NCBI GenBank assembly: GCA_049623505.1
Contig: JBMZTC010000012.1
Location: 13,008-77,007, forward strand
From: Candidatus Puniceispirillaceae bacterium
GTDB lineage: Bacteria > Pseudomonadota > Alphaproteobacteria > Puniceispirillales > Puniceispirillaceae
Length of the DNA: 64,000 nucleotides
Reading direction: 5' to 3'
Within the stretch, counting starts at the first letter, position 1. The number at the start of each line of letters is the position of its first letter. Positions 46,746 through 57,363 of the stretch are shown here, piece by piece. The notes under the pieces were generated by a model. The model made no database searches. It saw only the letters and a list, made by a program, of their open reading frames with translations, and had not been told where the DNA came from. Made by a program: the position numbers and the translations under genes.

Positions 46746-46830
46746 CGGAAAACTGGCTGGTGCTAGATGGTGCGCTGCTCCCCCAAGCCCGCTGCCAGTG
46801 CCAGTCGCACCAGCCAGTTGAAGGCAATTG

Positions 46831-48141
46831 TCACTCGGCCGCCATATTGTCGTCGGTGGCGGTGAATTGTGCCGCTTCGGTCGAGTCGGCCATTGCGGTT
46901 GTCGCCGACTGCCCGCCTTTGACGGCTACTGAAATGGCGTCGAACCAGCCGGCCCCGACCTCGCGCTGGTGGCGGGTGGCGGTGTAGCCGGACTCCTCGG
47001 CGTCAAACTCGGCATTCTGCAGCTCGCAATAGGCTTCCATGCCACGATCGCGATAGCCGCTGGCAAGCTGGAACATCGAGAAGTTCATGGAATGGAACCC
47101 GGCCAGGGTGATGAACTGGTACTTATAGCCCATGGCGCCGATTTCGCGCTGGAACCTCTCAATGTCGGTCGCCGACAGGTTGGCCGACCAGTTGAAGCTT
47201 GGCGAACAGTTATAGGCCAGCATCTTGTTCGGGAATCTGCTGTGGATGGCATCGGCAAATCGCTTCGCCTGCTCAAGGTTGGGGGTCGAGGTTTCCATCC
47301 ACAGCAGATCTGCATATTCGGCGAAGGCAAGTCCACGGACAACACAACGCTCGAATGAATCCTTGGGGTCGAGGCGGAAAAATCCTTCCTCGGTGCGCTC
47401 GCCGGTCAGGAACGGACGGTCGCGCTCGTCAACGTCGGATGTGATCAGCTTCGCGCTCTCGGCATCGGTTCTGGCGACAATCAGGGTCGGCACGCCAGCC
47501 GTATCGGCGGCAAGCCGCGCCGCGTTCAGATTGGCGACATGCTGCTGCACCGGAATAAGAACCTTGCCGCCCATGTGGCCGCACTTCTTTTCCGAGGCCA
47601 GCTGGTCCTCGAAATGCACGCCGGCAGCGCCGGCCTCGATATAGTTGCGGGTCAGCTCAAAGGCGTTCAGCGCACCGCCAAATCCAGCCTCGGCATCGGC
47701 CACGATCGGGGCGAACCAGTCGATGTCACCTTCACCTTCCAGCTTCTGGATCTGGTCGGCACGCTGCAATGTGCGGTTGATCTTGCGCGCCAGCTCGGGC
47801 CCGGAATTGGCCGGATAGAGCGACTGGTCAGGGTACATGCCGCCAGCGGTGTTGGCGTCCGCGGCCACCTGCCAGCCTGACAGATAAATTGCCTTCAGCC
47901 CGGCGCGTACCATCTGCATGGCCTGGTTGCCGGTCATGGCGCCGAGAGAATGGACATAATCCTCGGTGTGGAGGAGGTTCCACAGCTTGTTGGCGCCGTG
48001 ACGCGCCAGCGTATGTTCGATTGGCACGGATCCGGACAGACGCTCCACATCCGCCATGCTGTAATCGCGCTTGATGCCGTCGAAGCGGTTCGACGCGGCG
48101 CCGGTACGGGTTTCGAATTCGTCTTGCGTTGTGCGGTCCAT
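46831..48141 (-). CDS. aceA: Isocitrate lyase
   Basis: [18 protein letters not shown], catalytic [20 protein letters not shown]; RBS AAGGAG. Confidence 0.98.
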   Translation of the reverse strand: MDRTTQDEFETRTGAASNRFDGIKRDYSMADVERLSGSVPIEHTLARHGANKLWNLLHTEDYVHSLGAMTGNQAMQMVRAGLKAIYLSGWQVAADANTAGGMYPDQSLYPANSGPELARKINRTLQRADQIQKLEGEGDIDWFAPIVADAEAGFGGALNAFELTRNYIEAGAAGVHFEDQLASEKKCGHMGGKVLIPVQQHVANLNAARLAADTAGVPTLIVARTDAESAKLITSDVDERDRPFLTGERTEEGFFRLDPKDSFERCVVRGLAFAEYADLLWMETSTPNLEQAKRFADAIHSRFPNKMLAYNCSPSFNWSANLSATDIERFQREIGAMGYKYQFITLAGFHSMNFSMFQLASGYRDRGMEAYCELQNAEFDAEESGYTATRHQREVGAGWFDAISVAVKGGQSATTAMADSTEAAQFTATDDNMAAE

Positions 48142-48256
48142 GGGTCGTCTCCTTGGTAACTTGATGAATTTGACAGCACGGCGCGGTGCGGCGCGCGTCA
48201 AACAACCTGCGTTTGTCTAGCGCAGGGAAGGGATGACGCCGAGGAAAAAAGTGCAA

Positions 48257-48300
48257 ATGTGAAAATAGTAAAAACTTTACATTTTCTTTTTACAAATTTA
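48257..48300. promoter_or_regulatory. AT-rich operator array between aceA and its divergent regulator
   Basis: GTAAA-AAC-TTTAC dyad (48268-48280) plus repeated TTTACA half-sites. Confidence 0.55.
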
Positions 48301-48338
48301 CTGTGCGGCAGTGTTACTGAACAGCTGCGGGACGTGCC

Positions 48339-49760
48339 ATGCAGGAAAAGATCCTTGTCGGGCATAAATTGCGCCGGTTTCGCCAGACCGCCGGATTGTC
48401 ACAGACGGCGATGGCCGAGGCGTTGGATATCAGCCCGTCCTATCTCAATCTTCTTGAGCATAATCAGCGTCCGCTGACCGTCAGCCTGCTGTTGAAGCTT
48501 GGCAACAGTTTTGACATCGATCTGAAGAGCTTTGCCGAGGATGACAGCCCGGCGCTGCTGACCGATCTTGCCGAGGTGTTCGCCGATCCGTTGCTGACCG
48601 GCGAACGTGTCTCGCGGCGCGAGCTGCAGGATCTGGTGACAGCGGCGCCAGCCGCCGCGCGCGGCATGCTCAGCCTGTTCCAGGCCTATCGCAAGGTCAG
48701 GGACCAGCTGGAGTTGTCGTCCGGGGATGGTCGCCAGGATGGTGTTGGCAACAGCCCGGTTGAACAGGTCCGGGCGGTTCTCCAGCAGGCGAACAACTAC
48801 TTTGCCGAGCTTGAGGCCGCGGCAGAGACAAGCCGCGCCATCATTCTTGGCAAGGAAGGTGATGCGGGCATGCTTCTCGAAAGGCTGGTCCTGCATGCGC
48901 GGGACCGGCTCGGCCTGCGGGTGCGGGTGATCCCGGCGGCGGTGATGGGAACACAGCTTCGTCGCTATGATCAGCATCGCCGGGAAATCCTTGTCAGCGA
49001 GGCATTGCGCCGGCCGCAAAGAGTATTCCATCTTCTTGTCCAGACAGCGCTGATCGAGCAGACAGACCTGATTGCATCATTATGCGAGGAATATGGCGTT
49101 GCCGACGCCTCGGCACGCTCGCTGTTCCGGACCACGCTGGCAGGCTATTTTGCCGCCGCGGTGATGATGCCCTATGACGGGTTTCTTGAATCGGCGCGTG
49201 AGCTTCGGCACGACCTCGATCTTCTGGGGCGTCGCTTCGGCGCGAGTTTCGAGCAGGTGTGCCACCGCCTGACCAGCCTGAACGCGCCGAACGCCCGCGG
49301 CATTCCCTTCTTTTTCATTCGGGTCGATGACGCTGGCAACATATCCAAGCGGCTTGCCGCCGGCGGCATGCAGTTCGCAAAGAATGGCGGAACCTGCCCA
49401 CGCTGGGATGTTCACAAGGCCTTCAGGACGCCTGACAGGATGCTGTTCCAGGCGGCCGAGCTGCCGAACGGGCAGAAATTCTTCACCATCGCGCGGACCG
49501 TGCCACGCCCCTGGGCACCACCCGGCGAGGCACCGCCGGAATTCGCCGTCGCGCTTGGGTGTGAAATTCATCATGCGCGCGATCTTGCCTATGCCGATGA
49601 ACATGATGCCGCGCGTCGTCGCACGCATGAACCAATCGGCATCGGTTGTGCGGTGTGTGAACGGATGGATTGCGCGCAGCGCGCCCATCCGCCAGTGGGT
49701 CATGAGGTGAAGTTCGACGGCCATTCACGGCGCATCGGATTGTATGATCTCGACAGCTAG
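48339..49760 (+). CDS. XRE-family short-chain acyl-CoA regulator (RamB/PrpR/ScfR type)
   Basis: N-terminal HTH ISPSYLNLLEHNQRP, SFEQVCHRL, GGTCPRW, C-terminal CxxC..C motif CAVCERMDC. Confidence 0.92.
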   Translation: MQEKILVGHKLRRFRQTAGLSQTAMAEALDISPSYLNLLEHNQRPLTVSLLLKLGNSFDIDLKSFAEDDSPALLTDLAEVFADPLLTGERVSRRELQDLVTAAPAAARGMLSLFQAYRKVRDQLELSSGDGRQDGVGNSPVEQVRAVLQQANNYFAELEAAAETSRAIILGKEGDAGMLLERLVLHARDRLGLRVRVIPAAVMGTQLRRYDQHRREILVSEALRRPQRVFHLLVQTALIEQTDLIASLCEEYGVADASARSLFRTTLAGYFAAAVMMPYDGFLESARELRHDLDLLGRRFGASFEQVCHRLTSLNAPNARGIPFFFIRVDDAGNISKRLAAGGMQFAKNGGTCPRWDVHKAFRTPDRMLFQAAELPNGQKFFTIARTVPRPWAPPGEAPPEFAVALGCEIHHARDLAYADEHDAARRRTHEPIGIGCAVCERMDCAQRAHPPVGHEVKFDGHSRRIGLYDLDS

Positions 49761-49971
49761 CATCGCCAACAGAATGACCAACAGATCTGCCGCCTCGGAA
49801 AAGGCGCCGCATCGACATTGTAATTTTATTTCAATTTCGCACTGGCCAGCCGCTGCGCAATAAAATTTCGCGCATTACCTTGGCTTTGCCATTTGCCGGC
49901 AATCTGTTAGTCTTCGCGCCGCGCCAGGCCTGCCGGAGCGGGCCGTCCTGCGCAGGATAAGGACAGGGTGA

Positions 49972-51414
49972 ATGGCGTCCGGAACCAAACAACAGACAAC
50001 GCGTCATGGTGAGCCTGCCGAGACCGCGGACACGCATGATCGCCGTGACGATGGCGACCGGCTTGCCGCGCTCTATGGGCTGACCCCAAAGGTTGAATCA
50101 GCGATCATCGATGCCATCGCCGGCGGTGCCGAGGATCGCGCGCGCGCGCTTGTGGCACCGCTTCACCCGGCCGACCAGGCCGATCTTCTGGAACGGCTGC
50201 CAGCGCCGCAGGCGGCGGCCCTCGTGCGGACGCTTGGTGACGGGCTGGACGCGGAAACGCTGGCCTTTCTGAATGAGAATACGCGTGACGAGATTGTCGA
50301 TGTGATGGGGGTGGCGGCGCTGGCGCGCCAGTTGCCCGACCTCGACACCGATGACGCTGTCAACATCATCGAAGAGCTTGAAGAGGACGAGATCGAGGAT
50401 GTTCTGGCGGCGCTGCCGGCCGAGGATCGTGTTCTTGTCGAAGAAGGACTTGCCTATCCCGAGGATTCGGCCGGCCGGATGATGCAGCGCGAGATCGTCA
50501 CCGTGCCGTCATTCTGGACGGTCGGCCAGACCATCGATTTTCTGCGAAGCTCGCAATTCGGTGACACCGATTTCTACCTCATCTTTGTTGTCGACCCGGC
50601 GCGAAGCCCGATTGGCGAGGTCAGCCTTGGCAAGCTTCTCTGCACACCGCGGCCACGGCGTGTTGGCGAGATCATGCAGGGTGACTTCCGCAAGATACCT
50701 GCCGATATGGACCAGGAAGAAGTGGCGATCCTGTTTCGGCGCTATGGCATGGTCAGCGCGCCGGTGGTTGATGAACACGCACGTCTGATCGGGGTGATCA
50801 CCATTGATGATGTGATTGGCGTCATCGATGAAGAGGCCGAGGAGGATCTCATGGCGCTGGCCGGGGTTGGCGACACCAATGTCAGGTCCAGCCTGTGGGA
50901 AACCCTTCAGGGCCGCAGTTCCTGGCTGCTGATCAACCTGCTGACCGCGATTGTGGCCTCGGCGGTGATTGGCCTGTTTGATGCCACCATCGAACGGCTT
51001 GTCGCGTTGGCGGTGCTGATGCCCATCGTCGCCTCGATGGGTGGCAATGCCGGCACGCAGACTGTGACGGTTGCCGTTCGCGCGCTGGCGTTGCGCCAGA
51101 TCGACCGTGACGCGGCGGCAAGCTTTGTCCGGCGCGAACTTGCTGTTGCGGTGCTCAACGGCATTGTCTTTGCTGCGCTGGCGGCCAGTATATCCTTCCT
51201 GTGGTTCCGTGATCAGGATATCGCGGCGGTGATGGCGGTGGCGATGTTCGCCAATCTGGTGGTCGCCGGTCTCAGCGGCACGCTGGTGCCGCTTGGCCTT
51301 GTCAGGATTGGTATCGATCCGGCCGTGGCATCCAGTGTATTCATCACGACAATCACCGATGTTGTCGGTTTTTTCGTGTTTCTCGGGCTCGCCGCCCTAT
51401 ATTTGATTCCATGA
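49972..51414 (+). CDS. mgtE: Magnesium transporter MgtE
   Basis: LHPADQA, YPEDSAGRMM, CBS pair, MGGNAGTQ, DPAVAS, TDVVGF. Confidence 0.97.
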   Translation: MASGTKQQTTRHGEPAETADTHDRRDDGDRLAALYGLTPKVESAIIDAIAGGAEDRARALVAPLHPADQADLLERLPAPQAAALVRTLGDGLDAETLAFLNENTRDEIVDVMGVAALARQLPDLDTDDAVNIIEELEEDEIEDVLAALPAEDRVLVEEGLAYPEDSAGRMMQREIVTVPSFWTVGQTIDFLRSSQFGDTDFYLIFVVDPARSPIGEVSLGKLLCTPRPRRVGEIMQGDFRKIPADMDQEEVAILFRRYGMVSAPVVDEHARLIGVITIDDVIGVIDEEAEEDLMALAGVGDTNVRSSLWETLQGRSSWLLINLLTAIVASAVIGLFDATIERLVALAVLMPIVASMGGNAGTQTVTVAVRALALRQIDRDAAASFVRRELAVAVLNGIVFAALAASISFLWFRDQDIAAVMAVAMFANLVVAGLSGTLVPLGLVRIGIDPAVASSVFITTITDVVGFFVFLGLAALYLIP

Positions 51415-51497
51415 CGCCTTTGATCACGTCATGTCCGTGATCGCCTAACTCCTTACTCACCGCCTGGCGGTTTGCTGTTTTGCAGGGATGATCCGGT

Positions 51498-51917
51498 ATG
51501 ACCGTGCATCTGAAGAAATTGTCTGTTGGATCGGAATCGCTTGCCAGCCTGCGCCAGTGGCAGCAGATGCGGCGCGAGGCTGGTCAGGAACTGATGCATG
51601 TCACCCGCAACACGCCACGCCGCGCCGAAGAGGTGCTTGATGGCGGCAGCATGTTCTGGGTCATCAAGGGGGTGATGTGCGCGCGCCAGCCAATTCGGGA
51701 ATTGCGAAGCATGCAACGCGCCGATGGAAAGCCGGCATGCGGCATCGTGCTGGCACCCGAACTTGTCGCGGTGGAGCCGATGCGGGTGCGGATTTTCCAG
51801 GGATGGCGCTATCTTGAGATGAAAGACGCGCCGGCTGACCTGCCGGTGACCGATGAAGGCGATGAGACGATGCCGCCAGAACTGGTGGCCGAGCTTCGTG
51901 AGCTGGGGCTGCTTTAG
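51498..51917 (+). CDS. DUF1489-family protein
   Basis: HLKKLSVG, TRNTPRRAEE, GGSMFWVIKG, FQGWRYL. Confidence 0.9.
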   Translation: MTVHLKKLSVGSESLASLRQWQQMRREAGQELMHVTRNTPRRAEEVLDGGSMFWVIKGVMCARQPIRELRSMQRADGKPACGIVLAPELVAVEPMRVRIFQGWRYLEMKDAPADLPVTDEGDETMPPELVAELRELGLL

Positions 51918-51928
51918 TCCCGGGCGCT

Positions 51929-52138
51929 CTATTTGGCTTCTTTGGCGAAGGTCACCGCGAACATCGGGTTGCCGTCAAACAGCACTTCGCGTTTCGGGCC
52001 GTTCATCCGCTCAAACCGCTGCATGCTGATGGGACCGACCATGCGGTAGCCTTCAGCCGCCAGGTTGCGACGGTGAAACTCAAGGGCCGCAGCTTCAAAG
52101 CTTTCGGCGATGATGGTGACGCGGTCGTCTTCGGTCAT
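51929..52138 (-). CDS. Small hypothetical protein (69 aa)
   Basis: RBS GAGAGG before ATG 52138; protein-like composition. Confidence 0.7.
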   Translation of the reverse strand: MTEDDRVTIIAESFEAAALEFHRRNLAAEGYRMVGPISMQRFERMNGPKREVLFDGNPMFAVTFAKEAK

Positions 52139-52238
52139 GGTCGTCCTCTCGGTGGAGTGGTCTGTTTCCACGCGCCGAATATGGCAGAGCCAATCCGGTT
52201 TGTCAGTCTCTTTGTCACAGATGCGGTCACCAGAATTG

Positions 52239-52739
52239 TCAGTTTTGGCGGCGCCAGTCCCATGGTGCCTCAAAATCGCCGTCCCAGATCCCGCGGCCAT
52301 CGGCGCGCGCGGCGGCCTCGTCAGCAGCATAATCGGCGCTGTAACGTGTATAGGCAAGCGCCAGTCCGCTGGTGACAAGATGCCTCGCGATGTCGGTCTT
52401 GCCAGCGAAGCAGCGCATGATCAGACGGCCATATCGATCGACATCCATCAGGTCGCATCGCAGCGGCGCTGTCATGGCAATGCTGGCCATTGCGTCGCGG
52501 GCGGCACGACCGCAGGGCCAGCTTGTCCCGGCCGATGTGGTGCAGTTCTGCTTCAGTTCCGGCGCGTCGATGCCATGAAGGCGGATTTTCAGGCGCCCGC
52601 TTCGCAGGGAATCACCGTCGCTGACTTTGGTGACGCTGACCTCGCCAGCCAGCGAGAATGGCCGGTCGGTCGCGGCGCCGGGCTGGATGGCCGCCTGCAG
52701 GATGAAGACGGCGGCGATGATCAGGCACAGTTTTTTCAT
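52239..52739 (-). CDS. Exported thermonuclease (SNase-fold) family protein
   Basis: Signal peptide; DGDS, IRLHGIDAPE, DRYGR, GIWDG..PW.WR. Confidence 0.92.
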   Translation of the reverse strand: MKKLCLIIAAVFILQAAIQPGAATDRPFSLAGEVSVTKVSDGDSLRSGRLKIRLHGIDAPELKQNCTTSAGTSWPCGRAARDAMASIAMTAPLRCDLMDVDRYGRLIMRCFAGKTDIARHLVTSGLALAYTRYSADYAADEAAARADGRGIWDGDFEAPWDWRRQN

Positions 52740-52843
52740 AAGAAAAAACTAATGTAATGATGGCACCCCATCCAGACATAAAAGCAGATCCGGCGTCATC
52801 GCGCGTCCTGCCAAGGGATAATGCATGAGGATCAGGTAATGTG

Positions 52844-52879
52844 GGGCCGTCAGTCGATATAGGGCCGTCAGTCGATATA
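52844..52879 (-). repeat. Exact 18-bp tandem duplication of the MFS gene 3' end
   Basis: GGGCCGTCAGTCGATATA x2; each copy contains the last codons and TGA on the minus strand. Confidence 0.95.
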
Positions 52880-54160
52880 GGGATTATCGTGGAACGGGTC
52901 GTCTTCCTCGCTGGCCTCATCACTGCCGGCAATCCATTCCGCTTCCGGGTTCAGTGTCGCGGCGATGGCGCTTGAGGATTCAGGGATGGCAACAAACGGG
53001 CCCTGTGCCAGATTCGGCACGGCGGCGCGGCGGGTCATCCGGAAGAGGGCGAACCCGGCAATCATCAGCTGGATGACCGTCACCAGGATAAAGAAACTGG
53101 TCACGCCGAAATATTCCAGTGACAGCGCGGCAAGCGGTGATCCCAGAACGGCGCCGGCGCCATTGATCATGACAAGGCCCGAGGCGGCGGCCACCATCTG
53201 GCGCGGCGTCAGGAAGTCATTGCCATGCGCGATGCACAGCGAATAGAGCGGGAACAGCGATCCGCCATAGACAAGCATGCAGGCAAGCAGCAACGCGAAG
53301 TCGGCGCGGCCGAACATCGTCGCCATGGCGGCCGCGCCGGCCCCCATCACCGCAACGCCAAAGATCACCATGCGGCGGTCGAACCTGTCCGACAGCCGGC
53401 CCACCGGATATTGCAATATCAGCGCGCCAATCACCGGCGCCGTCATGAAATAGCCAACCTCGGCATTGTTCAGACCGATCGACAGGCCGTAGACAGCGCC
53501 CATGCCGAACAGCATCGAGACGGCCATGCCGTTGATGCCAAGCCCGACAACGGCAAGTGGCGAGACCTGGAGCAGGCGACGCAGGCTCATCCTTTCGGGT
53601 TCTTCAAAGGCCGGTGCCTTGCCAACCGACAGCAGAACCGGCACGACGGCGACCGATACCAGCACCGAGGCCAGAAGGAACAGGCCGATGCTGTTTTCGC
53701 CACCGACGCCGATCATCAGCTGGCCAATGGCCAGTCCGCCCATCGAGACGATCATGTAGAGCGACAGCATCTGGCCGCGTGTCTCGTTGGTCGCCTGGTC
53801 GTTCAGCCAGCTTTCACAGACGATATACATGCCGGCGAAGCAGAATCCGGTGAGGATCCGCATCGACGCCCAGACCACCGGATTGACAAGCGCCGCCACC
53901 ACCAGAACGGCTGCTGAGGCAAGCGCCGCCATGGCACCGAAGACACGAACATGCCCGACATTGTCAAGAAGCTTTGGCACGAGCAGGGAGCCGCAGAAAA
54001 TTCCGAGGAAATAGCCGGCCATCACAAAGCCCGTGGTGATCTTGGAAAACCCGGCCTCGGTCGCCTCGGTGCCAAGCAGAACGACTTGCAGCCCGTTGCC
54101 AGACATGATCAGCAACAGGCCGAAAAACAGCGTCCAGGATGCCAAGGCGGATCTCAGCAT
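52868..54160 (-). CDS. MFS transporter (YcaD-like)
   Basis: GNGLQ, VGHVRVF, ESWLND, GRLSDRFDRR, YSLCIAHGND. Confidence 0.92.
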   Translation of the reverse strand: MLRSALASWTLFFGLLLIMSGNGLQVVLLGTEATEAGFSKITTGFVMAGYFLGIFCGSLLVPKLLDNVGHVRVFGAMAALASAAVLVVAALVNPVVWASMRILTGFCFAGMYIVCESWLNDQATNETRGQMLSLYMIVSMGGLAIGQLMIGVGGENSIGLFLLASVLVSVAVVPVLLSVGKAPAFEEPERMSLRRLLQVSPLAVVGLGINGMAVSMLFGMGAVYGLSIGLNNAEVGYFMTAPVIGALILQYPVGRLSDRFDRRMVIFGVAVMGAGAAAMATMFGRADFALLLACMLVYGGSLFPLYSLCIAHGNDFLTPRQMVAAASGLVMINGAGAVLGSPLAALSLEYFGVTSFFILVTVIQLMIAGFALFRMTRRAAVPNLAQGPFVAIPESSSAIAATLNPEAEWIAGSDEASEEDDPFHDNPYID

Positions 54161-54367
54161 GGCGGATCAACAGGTCCCCGTTAAGGCGCCGGAGCGGATG
54201 CTTCAATCGTGCCCGGCACCAGTGTAAAAATGTGATGGAATATCATCCAACGGCCATGGCCATATGCGCTCTCTTTGCGACCAAAATATCGCCGCGTCTG
54301 TCCAGAAAATTCCGAAATTGAGTCGTTTTGGAGATAGAGCAACGAATTTTCAGATTATGTGGGACTC

Positions 54368-57304
54368 TCAGGCTGGCGGCGATGGAAAAAGCCTGTCGAA
54401 CAGCGTCTCGACCTGTGCCTGATACGCTGCAATGCGCCCGCGCAATGTCTCGATATCCGGGCTGTCACAGGCGGTGCAGATGAACTGTCTTGCCGCGGGT
54501 GACGATGTCTGCAGATCGGTTGCGCTGGTGCCGAGTACAAGCCGCAGCGCGTGATGCAGATCGGCATAGAGGCTGTCCGCCGCGCCAAGGATCTCGGCGT
54601 CATCAGACGACATCCGGCCGGCCTCGACAAGGCGTTGAAGGATGGGTGGCGCGGCCATCGCCACATTGCCAAACAGGTCGGCGTTCAGAAGTCGCAATCC
54701 CTGAACAAGAAGGTCCAGTTCGCTGATGCCGCCGGGGCGCTTTCGCAATTGCCATTCACCAGCATCGCCATAGCTGGCGCGAAGCCGGCGTCGCATGTCG
54801 TGAAGCGGCGGCGTGATGGTATCACGCGGCAGCGCCGTGGTGCGCGCTTCGGCGAGACTGTCGATGACAGCGGCACCGCAATCCGCTGCCGGCGTCACCA
54901 GCCGGGCCTTGCCAAGTGCCAGCTTTTCCCAGAGCCAGGCTTCGTTGCGATAATAGGTTGTCAGCCGGGCCAGAGACGGGGCGAGGCTTGCCTGCTCGCC
55001 GTCGGGACGAAGTCGCAGATCAATGGTGAACAGCTTGCCTTCGCCTGTCGCGCCGCCAAGCCAGTTCGCCAGCGTCTGCGCCAGCCTGGTGAAATAGGTG
55101 CTGGCACCAAGACTGCGAGCGCCCTTTTCAAGGCCGTGTGAGTTTGTGTTTGATGGGGCATCCCAGACAAAGACAAGATCGAGGTCAGACGTCGCCGTCA
55201 GTTCACCAAGCCCCAGCCGCCCCATGGCAAGAACCGCCAGATCGCCATCGATGGCCCCATGACGCCGCCTCATGTCGGCAATGGCCAGGTCGCGTGTGAC
55301 GCGAATGGCGGCCTCGGCGATGTCAGCAAGCGCGGTGCCAAGCGCGCGCCGGTCGGCAACACCGCTGACATGCTGGACCTCGGCGCGAAACTGTCTTTCG
55401 CGGGTGATGCGGGTGACGGTATCAAGCGCCAGTTCGGTTGGCTGGCTGTCGATTGCCTGGCGAAGCTCGGTCTCAAGATCGCCGGTAGAGGCAAGCGGTT
55501 CAAAGAAGGCGCCAAAAAGCACCAGGTCGAACAGCATCGGATGACGTCGCAATCTGTCGCCAAGACGCGGCGAGAGAACAAGAATATCGCCAAGAAGCCT
55601 TGTCAGGTCGCGGTTATGGTCGAGAAGCGAGAAGATCTGCACGCTGGCAGGCAGATCCTCGACAAAGCCGGCAAAGGCGGCAAAGGCCGCGTCGGGGTCA
55701 TGTGCGCTGGAAAGATGGGACAGCATTGGCGGCATAATCCGCAACAGCAGCATGCGGGCCCGTTCACCGCGCGTGGCGGCGATCCGGCCGGCTATCCAGC
55801 CCGACAGCACGGCGGCAATGTCGTGTGGTCGTTGAAAGCCGCGGGTTTCAAGCCAGCCGGCAAGTCGCTCCTCATCATCGAAAAGCGGTGCGTCGTCCAG
55901 TTCATGATCGTCTCCGGGCGCGGGGTTGCCGCCGGAACCGGCCCCGATCTCCTCGAACAGCCGGTGCGATGTGTTGGCCGCGACGCCATCAAGAATGGCC
56001 GACAGCACCGCCAGAAAGCTGTCAGCATCCTCATGCCCCATGAAACGGGCGGCCTCTTCAATTCCCGCCTTCGTTCGTGGCAGCGCGTGTGTCTGTGCGT
56101 CGGCCATCATCTGCAGACGGTGCTCGGCGCGGCGCAGCGACAGATACAGCGCCGAGAGCCGTTCACACTGCTCGGGTGTAATCCAGTTTTCCGCCGCCAG
56201 CGCCCGCAATGCCGGCAGCGTGCTGCCAATCCGAAGTGCCTGTGACCTGCCGCCGGCAACAAGCTGTAGAACATGAGTCAGAAACTCGATGCTGCGGATG
56301 CCGTTCGGGCCTGACTTCAGGTTAAAGCCTTCCCATCCGGGCCCTGCCATCGGGCGGCGCAACATCATCTTCATGTCGTCCATGACGGTGTAATCAAGCG
56401 TTCGCCGCCAGATAAAGGGCTGAATGTCGGCCAGAAAATGCCGCCCCATCTCAAGGTCGCCAGCAATCGGCCGCGCGCGGATAAAGGCGGCACGTTCCCA
56501 GGTTCGCGCGATCGATTCGTAATAGCCGATGGCCGCCTCGCGCTGGATGCTGACAGCGGTCGCGCCGGGATCGGGGCGAAGCCGCAGATCGACCCGCCAG
56601 CCAATGCCGTCGCGTGTCGCCGCCGATAGCAGCCTGACCAGCGCGCGCGCCATTTCGACGTAGAAACGCTGGCTTGTATCGCGGTTTGACAGGGGGTTGT
56701 CGATCGGGTCGTGAAGCAGCACCAGGTCGATGTCAGAGGAATAGTTCAACTCGCCCGCGCCAAGTTTGCCAAGCGCCAGAACCGTCCATCCGCACCCGGT
56801 CCCGCCGTCCTGCGCCGTTGTGTCGGTGCCGGCAAGCTGGCCACGCCGCGCCGCCTCACGGAACAGATAGGTCACGGCGCACCGCACTGCGGCATCGGCG
56901 GCATCGCTCAGCCAGCCCATCTGCGTCTCGACATCATTACATCCGGCCATGTCGGCAAGCGCCACGCACAACGCGCTTCGCTGGCGAAGACGCCGCAGCG
57001 CGGTCATCATCTGCTGTTCGGTGGCAAGCGTGGCGGCATCATGTTCACAGGCGTCAATGGCAAGCTGGACCTCGGCCCCGCCGGCGCCGGTCGAGGCGAT
57101 GGCCAGCAGGTCAGGATGCGCGCGCGCCAGTGTCTGCAAATGCTGTGAATGCGCCAGAATGGCGGCAAGATCTTCCGGCTGAAGAGAGGCGTCGGGGGCA
57201 TGCTGGCGCACCCATCCTGCCAGCTCAGGAAGGATGGCGGCATGACTTTCAAGCGGCAGCGCGATGCCGGCGACAGCTGATGGTGATGGTACTTTCTCTG
57301 TCAT
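54368..57304 (-). CDS. glnE: Bifunctional glutamine synthetase adenylyltransferase/adenylyl-removing enzyme
   Basis: Two nucleotidyltransferase domains: LGKLGAGELNYSSDIDL/VDLRLRP and MGRLGLGELTATSDLDL/IDLRLRP. Confidence 0.95.
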   Translation of the reverse strand: MTEKVPSPSAVAGIALPLESHAAILPELAGWVRQHAPDASLQPEDLAAILAHSQHLQTLARAHPDLLAIASTGAGGAEVQLAIDACEHDAATLATEQQMMTALRRLRQRSALCVALADMAGCNDVETQMGWLSDAADAAVRCAVTYLFREAARRGQLAGTDTTAQDGGTGCGWTVLALGKLGAGELNYSSDIDLVLLHDPIDNPLSNRDTSQRFYVEMARALVRLLSAATRDGIGWRVDLRLRPDPGATAVSIQREAAIGYYESIARTWERAAFIRARPIAGDLEMGRHFLADIQPFIWRRTLDYTVMDDMKMMLRRPMAGPGWEGFNLKSGPNGIRSIEFLTHVLQLVAGGRSQALRIGSTLPALRALAAENWITPEQCERLSALYLSLRRAEHRLQMMADAQTHALPRTKAGIEEAARFMGHEDADSFLAVLSAILDGVAANTSHRLFEEIGAGSGGNPAPGDDHELDDAPLFDDEERLAGWLETRGFQRPHDIAAVLSGWIAGRIAATRGERARMLLLRIMPPMLSHLSSAHDPDAAFAAFAGFVEDLPASVQIFSLLDHNRDLTRLLGDILVLSPRLGDRLRRHPMLFDLVLFGAFFEPLASTGDLETELRQAIDSQPTELALDTVTRITRERQFRAEVQHVSGVADRRALGTALADIAEAAIRVTRDLAIADMRRRHGAIDGDLAVLAMGRLGLGELTATSDLDLVFVWDAPSNTNSHGLEKGARSLGASTYFTRLAQTLANWLGGATGEGKLFTIDLRLRPDGEQASLAPSLARLTTYYRNEAWLWEKLALGKARLVTPAADCGAAVIDSLAEARTTALPRDTITPPLHDMRRRLRASYGDAGEWQLRKRPGGISELDLLVQGLRLLNADLFGNVAMAAPPILQRLVEAGRMSSDDAEILGAADSLYADLHHALRLVLGTSATDLQTSSPAARQFICTACDSPDIETLRGRIAAYQAQVETLFDRLFPSPPA

Positions 57305-57363
57305 CCTGGTCAGCATAACCAAAGCAAGGTGATTGACAAAATAGCGGGGATCATCTGGCTGAC

